Below are positions 1 to 10,414 of a DNA stretch of 64,000 nt, in pieces. The stretch lies in assembly GCF_052425735.1 (NCBI RefSeq), contig NC_135758.1:23374001-23438000 (forward strand). Direction: 5' to 3'. Position 1 is the stretch's first letter; every line of letters starts with the position of its first letter. The position numbers were made by a program, and so were the translations under genes. Source of the stretch: Oculina patagonica. Lineage: Eukaryota. The notes beneath the pieces are model-generated. The model ran no database searches and was not told the origin of the DNA. It saw only the letters and a program-made list of their open reading frames with translations.

Positions 1-719
1 AGCTTATTGAAAAGTTCTTATTCCAAAAAAGTTAAAAAAGAACTCATTGAAAGAAAATAAGTTTTTCGATGAGTTGTTTACACAAGCTTTACACAAAAAG
101 TAAGGGTTGTGTAAACAAGCGATGCGAGACAGTTCACGTGCTCCACGCAACATTTCTTTTTTTAATGAAAATAGTATCCTATCTTGCTAGCGGTAAGGAA
201 AGGCTTTTGGTCTAATAACTGCTGTTCTTGTAGGATTCTAGGTTTTTATTTGCATGAAAAAAGGCATTTGTCGTGAACGACGTGACAAAGGGTCACACCA
301 CGCTCCTTCACATTGCGTGACATCCCAAGCGGCAATGGTAACGTTTGTTTCTTGAAGCGTAGTACATAAGACAAGTAATAGTACACTTTGTTCTTCCAAC
401 AGTCTTGTAAATAATAAATTGATTGACAAGTTCTTTGTTTTTTCGCCTTGTATCTCGAATTACTCGATTCGAAACTTGAAGTTGTTGACTGCTACAGTAA
501 CTCATTGATTAATTCATAATGTCAACTTTTATTCAAATGAAAGTCCACACATGTTCGCATAGCGGACTCACTTTTACTGTTATTAACCTCCTTACCAAAA
601 TGCCTCCATGACAAAATTGTTATTCAAAAAATGACAACTTATGCTAGGAAGATTAAGAAGAAAGATACCCTTCTGCATACTGGACTTCATCACCAGCGCA
701 GTTGATCGCTACACTTGGC

Positions 720-892
720 CTATGCATCGGTCAACTGTTGGTCGAATGACAGTCTAAAACCCACAGACTATTGGTCGACAGTCAGTTGACTATCGAGCGA
801 TAGTCAACCGATAGTCGACTGATATATTGGTTGACTGTTGACCGATATATGGGTCTATATATTAACTGAGGCCACCTATAGTACACATGATC
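720..892. repeat. Degenerate repeat fragment with short GTCGAC/CCGATAG-type internal repeats (intronic TE remnant)
   Basis: Recurring gtcgac/gttgac/ccgatag units ending in gaggccacctatagtacacatgatcc. Confidence 0.5.
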
Positions 893-958
893 CGAAATCT
901 CAAGTTCGATGACAATCTAATGTTAAATATTTGTGTGCACCACATGTACAGTACTCAC

Positions 959-1063
959 TTTATCACCTTCTGCCACATCACAGATCTTTTCCTCATTCAC
1001 TGGATTAACGGTAGGAAATGTTTTTCCACTGACAGAGTCCACAAACTCATTATTGATAAACAG
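959..1063 (-). CDS. Aldehyde dehydrogenase (ALDH1A/ALDH2 family), coding exon 2; gene continues beyond the left edge
   Basis: tttcag acceptor, 105-bp exon [41 protein letters not shown] donor. This is the classic ALDH1/2 N-terminal sequence. Confidence 0.93.
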
Positions 1064-1586
1064 CTGAAAGAAAAAGGAAAACAAATTAATCAAGTTAAGG
1101 TTACTAACTAAAATGCTTTTAAAACATGACTTCCACTGAAAGTTCAAGCAGTAAGTCCAAAAAATAATTACGAAGAATCTACTCATAGCATGGTTACCAT
1201 AGCAATTTGTTTACTGTTTCAGACAATCTCACCGTAGAGAACAGACACTTGTCAATAAAAGATTTTGGATAGACTGTTAACCTAGCTCTAAGGTAAAAAT
1301 TAATGACATTGATCCACACACCCCAAAATTGATTCAAGTACCTTGTAGTGTAGCTGTACCCACCCCAATTTTTTTCCTGGGGGGTAGGGGGCATGGTGAT
1401 GGGTACAGCCTAATGTAGGCCATAACACACCCCACCTCCACCCCCTGTGCATCCCTGTTACTTTCAAATTTACCTTCCCTCCCCAACACCACTGCCAACT
1501 CCTCCTGGGAATTACAATAAAATTAGCTTGGGGTGGAGATCTACAGGATTTTTTTGGCACAGGGTGTTTTAATCATCGGTTTACAT

Positions 1587-2553
1587 TTGCGTGATCCGTG
1601 GTGAACTTGCAGAAAAATAAAACAAAAGAAGTGGAAAGAAAGACGAAATATGGAGTCTATTAGAACCACACGTTTAACTTACATATATAATGTATCCAAG
1701 AAACCGTTTTTTTCTGTAGAAGAAAGGCTAATCTGGCGAGTTTTAAAGGAGTGTTTGACAGGAGAAATCGAACTCTCGTCGACGCCCTTGTTAATTAAAC
1801 AATCAAGCTTATAAAGTTTGTATTTACACTTCAAAACAGCTGACATGAAAATTAAAAGATCTAATGCGCGAAGATTAAAGCACCGTTAAAATTTCTCTTT
1901 ATAGATGATCTTGTTTCAGAGTCCTGTCTTAAAGAATTCTTAATAAAATGAATACACAAGCTATAATCCCTTGCGTGTGACTTACTAGCTAGTTAGTGAC
2001 AATAAAGTGAGTACACTTAGTTACCCTAAAATTTTACGTACCAAATTCAAAGCAGTGGCTTACCTTTGTGAACTTGATTTCCGGATTCCTTATGGCTTTA
2101 GGCATTTTGGACAATTGAATTTCGAAAGTTGAACCGGATAAGTGAGTAGACACGAAAAAAACCGTAGCGTCTGCAAGGAAAGGAGCTGAAAGGGTGAACT
2201 TGCACCGCACCGTACCGCTTGGCTAAGCTGAGAGAGCTGTCCCAGTCGGCGCGAACAAATATAGCCCCTTGCGTGACCCCTGCGTGTGACCCCGGGAGAC
2301 GATAGGAGATTGGAGCGAATGTGGCTGTGCAAGCACAAGATTGCGTGACAAGCCACTGCAGCAATAGAGCCAAAGGTGTCCTCGCGTGATGATATATTTA
2401 ACTAAGGCCTAGGGAAAATACCTATAATAAAATACGTGAACTGGTTTGCATCCAATCTATGGCTACAGGATTTCCAATTTCACCAGCGGCATATTATTAT
2501 TTTGCAAGACTCAATCAACGTGGCAACATGTCATTTTTGGTTCCGTCACGCGA
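1587..2553. promoter_or_regulatory. ALDH promoter/intron-1 region with clustered TNGCGTG (XRE-like) motifs
   Basis: TTGCGTG at 1587, 1971, 2269 and 2341; TCGCGTG at 2382; reverse copy CACGCGA at 2547; an extra GCGTG core at 2282; weak TATA-like element near 2257-2263 on the minus strand. Confidence 0.5.
2064..2105 (-). CDS. Aldehyde dehydrogenase (ALDH1A/ALDH2 family, cytosolic-type), coding exon 1 (MPKAIRNPEIKFTK)
   Basis: ATG at 2105, 14 codons, then an AAG|GTAAGC donor. Joins in phase 0 to the 959-1063 exon. No mitochondrial presequence, so ALDH1A-like rather than ALDH2-like. Confidence 0.88.
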
Positions 2554-3292
2554 TCTTCCTTCCCAAGTTTTGCGACGAAACAAGAATGTGACTTTGTAGA
2601 GAAACAGCCAACGAAGATCTTTTTGCGCAATAGCGATCATAGTGAAAATCTCCTTTCTTCCAACGCGTCTGTGGGCTTTTGCTGATTAGCAGTCGGTAGC
2701 ATGGCCGTGTAACAGTAACTTAGGAATTTAAAAGGCGGTTACCAAAAAATCAAGATTACTTTTGCTTTATATACCTGTAGAATGAAAGTATAAAGTAAAA
2801 ATTGAATTTCGGTTGAAATAGGCTTGGTCGAGTTTGTCAAGTTTGTCGGACTGACAAAGCACATTTTTATTTACAAAACCTTAGAAATAATTGTAAATAT
2901 GTACAGAGTCTATAATACAACATAGAGCAAATAGTTTTTCGGGAATTTAAGAATCACAAATGGCTTATTGTTCTGATATTCGCGTTCCATCAGTTCCATG
3001 CTGTTTGTGACAACCATGCACCGAGCTGAGTGTACATGGGCCAAAAAGTAGTGTTTTAACAATCACCTTTTGTATAAAAATCGAGAGAAGGCCAATGACA
3101 ATCGCTATAAGCGTATTCTTACTGTGGAATATATACATACATTTGCGCAACCTCAATCTAGTTGACTCTAGTTAGCCCCAGATGCTCAAATGCGCTGTGT
3201 CCCCGTAACAATTTGAGGGTTTCTATTAACAAAACTGGAATATTAACTGTTCGGTTGATAAGTTTAAGCTTGCTTACAAGTGAACATGTGTA

Positions 3293-4065
3293 CGTATTTT
3301 CTCAATTAAACGCCCCTGGCGTTTATTTCAAACTTGGCTTCGTGGACCCGGCGTTTATTTGAAGTCGGCGTTTAATCGGAGCCCGGCGTTTATTAAAGGA
3401 CTGTTATTTTTTGTCAATTTTTCAGATTGATCTGCTGTTACTTATCTCCGAGACCAAGGTGCAGTTTGTCAAGGCGGGGCGAGTTTTCTCTTCGTTTTGC
3501 CCCGAAAAACTGTTCCTGGGTCTTCAAAGTTGATAATTAACCAAAGGTACATTATTGCGGATTGGACACGTTTATGTTGCAATCAAGATTTGTGACAAAC
3601 AGAACATAAACGGTAAATGAACAATAAAGGAGCATGCAAGTAAAGGTTATGGGTACAAAGTTTTAAGTCCATAAACGGCAATGTCGACAACGTCTCACTC
3701 GTTTTTAAACGATCTCGTCCAACTTATAAGCAAACGCTGGAGGGATCCTAGAGATTTCAACGTGAGCACTAACATAAGAAAGGAAATGCGTCAGTCATGA
3801 AGACAGGATCGCGAACTTTGCTGGGTTTTATTTTGTTGTATTTTGTTATTTTGTTTTATTTTGTTTGTTGCTTAACGTTTAAAGAAATTTCCAAAGCAGC
3901 ATACCCTACTAGTATGTCATAGCGCTGCCATTCAAGAGAGTATATTTACTTGTTAGCTTGACCTCAAATAAGCGCCGAGACCTCAAACAAATTAACAATT
4001 TTGACCCAGCGTTTACACGAGGCCGGCGTTTAATCGGGGTCCGGCGATTAATCGAGAAAATACGG
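3293..4065. mobile_element. MITE, Tc1/mariner-pogo type
   Basis: TIRs cgtattttctcaattaaacgcc / ggcgattaatcgagaaaatacgg, TA flanks, repeated subterminal GGCGTTTA motifs. Confidence 0.8.
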
Positions 4066-4310
4066 TACATAATAATTAGACTTTCTCTAAGCCTGTTTCC
4101 GGTCGCGACTTCGTCGCTCAAAAGTGAGAGTCGACTTGTGGCAAGTCTAACATAATAATTTTCTCTGTTATTTGCAACAAAACTTCATGCTATTCAAACG
4201 ATATCGCCTTTTTTAATGCAGAACTGAATTTTAACGCCGGATGAATTGCCGAGTAGTTTCAACCGCTTTACTGCGTGTTGAAAGGTGATGTTATGACTTG
4301 TGCAAGCAGG

Positions 4311-4374
4311 GAAAGGTATCCCTTTCGGGAGGGGCTTCCCCCATATAGTCAACTATAGGGAGTATCCGGGGGGG
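4311..4374. mobile_element. Terminal fragment of the same MITE family as 12524-12928
   Basis: aaaggtatccctttcggg...tatagggagta matches 12860-12911. Confidence 0.6.
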
Positions 4375-4562
4375 AATTACATCCGTGTTTAGACTTCGGA
4401 AGCATATCACGGATTGTGCCCATCTAGGGCCAGTTCAAGAGGCCAGAAGCGCTTAGTTGCTGGGCACAATTTTAGCGTTGACTTTAAAAAGCCTTGCAGA
4501 CAGTTACCGCGGATGCCAACTGACTTTTTATTTTTCTTGTTTGATTAGAGTAAACTTCGAGC

Positions 4563-4790
4563 CTCATTATAATTGTCACTTAAATCTTGCGGCATATTTT
4601 TGTGACTTCCCTATTATAAGTGGCATATTAAATTTGAAGGAAACAAATAAATAGCACTGCTAGCAGCACAATAACCTACTTTTGCAAGAACAATCTACGA
4701 AAGCCTAGCGTCAGGGTAATGAGTACATCTGAGATGTACATTACATCTAATTAATTGCCCTTGGCCTTGTTCGCTGGTGGTGTCAATAAA
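4563..4790 (+). repeat. Non-coding segment duplicated (direct) at ~14716-14931
   Basis: Shared blocks gcggcatattttt, gtgacttccctattat, gaacaatctacgaaag, tcagggtaatga and ttgttcgctg.tggtgtcaataaa. Confidence 0.8.
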
Positions 4791-5980
4791 TTACCTGGCG
4801 GGAAAAAGCTGACGAGGGACGTTTTCCCAACCGGTGCCGCACGTGAAAGCTTGTTCCGCTATATCGAGAAAAACACGCCCCGGGCTGAAGTGGTATGTAT
4901 CAGTTTTCAGTTTAATTTCCTTACTACGGTCTCGCGCTGTTTAAAGATAGTTCACACGGAACCGTTATATTTATACAATTTCCGACACCAAAATCATCTG
5001 TTTCAGTGGCATGCCTGTAAACTAGCTATCTCGAAGAGATGGGAAGCTAAGTGCATGACCACTAGTACTATGAAAAACATTTACATTTTTTAAGGGCCAT
5101 GGAAATGACCCAGAAAAATAGAGGCGTTCCGGCGAACTTTAGGCAAAGAGAACGAAACATTCCACGCATTTGTCCAGCTTAAAGTGGAAAAAGTGAGATC
5201 TCGCGAGCTACCAAGCTCGGACACTATTTTGCGCTTATTTTTATCTTATTCGCCAGCAGACAGTAGAGTTTCCGAGTTAGTTTTGTTTTCATGCTTTATT
5301 TTCCTGTGAATCTAACAAGTGAAGACACGAAATGACCAAAACATTGTGGGGAATCCACTCGCCCAACGTGAAGGACTCGAAGGACACTTTCCGACTTCTG
5401 TCTACTTCCGCCTTTTGTTTAGCAAAGTCAAGTGTCTCTCAACTGAATATGAGCGATACGTAATATACCTGGCGGCTACCAGGGATTCTCCAGCCATAAG
5501 ATTTTATGCAGTTGGATAACGAGTAATGATGTGGAAAGTTTTATGGGGTTGCAGTATCCTGCCAATATGTTCTTTTAATAAAAAAGAAAAGTCTCCAGCC
5601 TAGTTTTAAACAGCCTACTTAAAACCATCAAGGGTTGCCAAGAGCATGCGGAACAGCCCGGGGTGTACATCGCATTTAAAAATAATAATGAAGTGCGTTC
5701 GGAAACGCCTACCTCACTCAGTTCCCTGTAAGTTCCTGTGGCTTTAGGAGGTTTGGTCTCATACCATGTTTCTCTACATTAATACGAATGGAAATGTGAA
5801 CTCATTGTGGTCTGGTCAAGGAGAAAGAAAATTGACAAAACTCTCCTAAATAGCTGCAAATCGCTCCATTTGAGGAATATTTTTATGTTATTTTGAGACG
5901 ATTTTAGTGTTATGAGCCCGCAATAAACGATGCGAGCGTTTTAATGGTGTGGTTACCAAGCAGCTTCGAAGCCTTTTTAA

Positions 5981-7756
5981 GGTGACTCGATCGAAATAAA
6001 TGACGTGCTGTATGCCTGTCAAAAATTTCCAATAACTTCGCCATTTCTCACTCGATTTCTCTGAAACTTTCGCATTTTACTCGAAATTTATCGAAGAATA
6101 ATACGCACGTCAATATGTCGACGTAATGATCGTGAGTTTTGCGCGATGTTAACTGTATTGAACACACCTATTTGGATAAAACTGCTATTTACAGAAAACT
6201 GAGCGCTAAGATTTCGTTTAAACTACTGCAATTAGCTCATTATAACATCTTATTATGACTCTCTAAGTTTCCGAGAAATCGTCGGAACAGAAATCTCGAT
6301 ACAATTTGATCGTCAAAATATTAACCTCGGTCAAACTTCGAGGCTTGGAACGCTCCAGCGCTTCCACATTTCGCCCAAAAGTACCATAACCGAAGGCAAA
6401 GAAAGTTCAATGCATCAGTTTTGACAGCTCCAAATCACATTCGGCTACTTCCAACGATGAAAAAGTTTGAGCAAATATTATAAACTCACCATTTGCGTCA
6501 AAATGTAGGAAGGTCGCCAAATTTACGTTTTTCTGAATTACATAAAAACTAACCGTACGAATTAATTAAAACAACCGGAACATTAAATTGAACATCTTAC
6601 ACAAACTTTGTGCTACTCTATGCTTCTGGAGCTGCCTTGATTTGGATGAAATAATGCTTTAAAGTGAAGCACTGCTCCAACTCTCTTGTGAACACGGCCA
6701 TGTTGTTGTTTGGATTCTACAGCTAACGCTATGCAAATTTCCTTGGAATTGACGAGAATTTGAAAAATTTGCACATGGATAAAGGGGGGTGCATTGACAG
6801 TGTTCAGTTTCTTCATGTTCTGATGTCAGAGGTGTCCTTAATTTATGCTACATGAAAGTTGAAAAGGGTTGGTACTAAAGTTGAAATTAACACATTGTAG
6901 TCTGCTTATTGTCATTCAAATAACCGCTGTCTTACGGGGTAAAATGCACCCCCCTTATCCATGTCTAAATTCTTCAAATTCTCACCAAACCCAAGGCAAT
7001 TTGCATAGCGTCAGCTGTGGAATTCAAACAACAATATGGCCGTGTTCAAAAGAGAGTTGAAGTAGTGCTTCACTTTAAAACATTATTTCATCCAAATCAA
7101 GGCAGCTCCAGAAACGTAAGGTAGCACAAAGATTGTGTTAGATGTTCAATTTAATGTTCCAGTTGTTTTAATATTTTTGTACGGTTCGTTTTCATGTAAT
7201 TTAGAAAAACGTAAATTTGGCGACCTTCCTACATTTTGACGCAAATGGTGAGTATATAATATTCGCTCAAACTTTTTCATCGTTGCAAATAGCCGAATGT
7301 GATTTGGAGCTGACAAAACTGATGCATTGAACTTTCTTTGTCTTCGGTTACGGTACTTTTGGGCGAAATGTGGAAGCGCTGGAGCGTTCCAAGCCTCGAA
7401 GTTTGACCGAGGTTAATATTTTGATGATCAAATTGTATCGAAGTTTCTGTTCCGACGATTTCTCGGAAACTTAGAGAGTCATAATAAGATGTTATAATGA
7501 GCTAATTGCAGTAGTTTAAACGAAATCTTAGCGCTCAGTTTTCTGTAAATAGCAGTTTTATCCAAATAGGTGTGTTCAATACAGCTAACATCACGCAAAC
7601 CTCACGATCATTACATCGACATATTGACGTGCGTATTTATTATCGATAAATTTCGAGTAAAATGCGAAAGTTTCAGGGAAATCGAGTCAGAAATGGCGAA
7701 GTTATTGGAAATTTTTGACAGGCATACAGCACGTCATTTATTTCGATCGAGTCACC
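5981..7756. mobile_element. Kolobok-type non-autonomous foldback element (1776 bp; ~815-bp inverted arms, ~150-bp spacer)
   Basis: TTAA on both sides (5977-5980, 7757-7760), GG...CC termini (ggtgactcgatcgaaataaatg / catttatttcgatcgagtcacc), arms ~5981-6795 and ~6943-7756. Confidence 0.88.
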
Positions 7757-7872
7757 TTAAGTCGTGAATGCAAAGAACGACTTATAGCGGTTTGCTGGAG
7801 AAATTCAATTAAATTTGTGTAAACTCCCTTGGTAACCTGGCAATTTTATATTAAGTTTAAATTAAGTTCAAA

Positions 7873-8073
7873 ATGGCTGATGAACGTGTACAAGGGCCGG
7901 TTTCCCGAGTTGTAATGCAAACTTGTGGATGTACATCAGGAGAATACGAATATTTTTTCCTTTCTGGAAGGAATTTTTCTAGTGAGGCCAGTGCTCGAAT
8001 CCACATTTACACACAATGCAATGGAAAGGATGGCCAATGCAAGGAAGCAAGAAACTTGCACGCCGAACAATAG
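7873..8073 (+). other. Candidate 66-aa small ORF/uORF in a probable 5' exon of the protease transcript
   Basis: aaaATGG context, Cys/His-containing peptide, G|GTAAGT donor at 8133/8134 and a matching acceptor at 10390. Confidence 0.3.
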
Positions 8074-10414
8074 CTTATTTTGAAAGTCCGCGGATATGAA
8101 ATTATCTTCCATTGAAATGCAATCAAATAGTGGGTAAGTAATAAATCACCCTAAATAAGGCAGTATTTTCCGCTACAAATTAGTCTCACTCAGCAAGATT
8201 AAACTGATGCGTTTGGAAACAATTAGAGATATCTATAGTAGGCTTGCTTTGTCTTTCGGTCGATCATTCATTTGCACGTTCGTCAAGTTTTTGTATCTCG
8301 TAATATTTTATATTCGTTGTCACACTCTCGTTAACGAAGTTCCCAAGTACATCTATCTCATGACTTAAACTTAAATCAAAATTTCCTCTGGCATTCGTAG
8401 CTCATTAGGTAGCAAGCCTTATCATGTTATGTGAATGATAAATTTGCTCTGCTTTTGAAGGCAAAACTACATTTGTAAACACAGTATTATGCATCAAACC
8501 CTTACAATTATTTTTTCTTCATACACATGGTCTGTCAAAAAAGGGACATATTAGTTCAACTGTGGTAATTGTAGTTCTCCAGGGGTGTATCATTGCACTC
8601 AGGTAATTTTTTGCTTTGTCAACATCCACTGAGTGCTATGGGGTAGACATTCAAAGAAATACTGAGAGAGTACTATTGTTAGCAGCTATTAATTTTAACG
8701 ATTTTTTCTGAGCAAGATTTAGCGACTATATAGGGATTTTCCAAAAACTTCAAAAAATAGTAAATATATCGTGTAAACCAGCTTTTACTGGCTGGTGATG
8801 AATATATGGATAAGATGAAAATAAATGTTCAGTAAAAGAAAAAGACTACCATATCTTGACATTGAATGAACATAAATTGCATTGCCTAAAAGAACAAAGT
8901 TACCAGTATCCATTTTTGTGTTCCATTAGGGTGGGAAGGGAGTACCGGGGAGGTACCGGGGTACTTGAAATTTGACCAAGACAAATTTTAGCAAGTACTA
9001 AATTAAGCGATTTTCGCCCAACTCACTAAAAGCGCTAAAATGTAATAGCCACTAATATAACAATAGTAACCTTAAGGTCGATTTCTGTACATGTCCTATG
9101 CCTCCCCCCCCCTTATCTCAGCCAAAAAGGAACCTGGTTGCATGCCATGCTGATAAATAACAAATTGCTTACACTTAGATGGTTTGTTGTACGTGTTGTC
9201 CTACAGATTTATTTTAACAAGGCACATAGAATTTTGAATTAATTTATAGATTCGCCAAAACAATATCCTGCAATACAACACATCACTGAACTCTGCATGG
9301 GGCTAGGCTGTCAAGAGGTGTGGGCTGGAATGAACATCCTCCTGCCGTAACGTTGTATGAAACACATGATCAGAAAAAGAATTTTATTTCAAATTTACTC
9401 TCATATATTTTTCACAAACAGTGAATACTGCTCTCTATAAATTGACTTTTAGCAGACTGTACAGCTTGAAAAATAAAATATTTGGAGTTATTGTTATTGA
9501 CTGCTGAAAACAAAGAGTAAAAGATAAACAAGCTTTCAGGTTCAGATCCTTTAATCCAATATGGCCATCAAATCTTTGCAGGATGGCTGGCAATGTATAG
9601 AGATTATTTAAAAATGAATTAATAAGGCTGATTAAAATGCATTGATGATTTTCGTGGCATGTAAAGGGGTAAAGTAAACTTTTTGGTTGCAAGTAAAGAT
9701 ACCAGAAAAGGAAATAAGCAGCAGTTTTCATTTGTTACATGTATCACGCCTCTAAATTGATAATAAATTTTGTTGGCTTTACTGTTTCCTGCCAATTTCA
9801 ATTCTTAGAAGTCACATGTATGAGGCATCTGTTAGTTTCTTTTAATTATTTGCCTTCTGTCACAGTGTCTGCCATTCTTTAACAGAGAAAAATGTATGTC
9901 GAATAATACCACTGTCCTGTATAAAATGGCTGAGCTACCTGGTTATTAATTAAAGAACCCTTTAGCAAACGTGAAACAGTTTGGTGGAAAAAAATCCCTA
10001 GCTTCTTTCCATTACCAGCTTCGCAGCATCTTAAGGTACCTCATATCTTGTTACCACTATACGTGTCTCTCTCAGCATTAATTATTTTAAGCTCTTCTTA
10101 GCTGCTTAGCTAGAAGGCCTCGATGGACTACTGGATGGTTAGTTTTCAGTTAGAATATGGGGTTATTTATCACTTACCAGCTAGAATTTTAAACATGACT
10201 CAACTGTGACATATGTTAGCAGATTTCATAGACAATTACAAAAAATGTTGTTTGTCAGCAGACATTTAAAATTTATTTTGGCTAATTCTGGGCTATCAGT
10301 TTATAATATACCACATTCACGACTTTGCTCATAGAGCCTTTGATTTCTTCTTTTCTCGTTTGCTTCCACGTGTCCATTGTAATTGTTCAGGTTTGTAAAA
10401 CGTAAACGTTCAAA

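Noticed and set aside
923-1186. 87-aa ORF as a standalone gene
   Set aside because: Only 959-1063 is ALDH-like and it is bounded by splice sites; the rest is intron.
6613-7060. Short ORFs within the large palindrome
   Set aside because: They fall in mirror-image arms of a non-coding foldback element and have no recognisable motifs.
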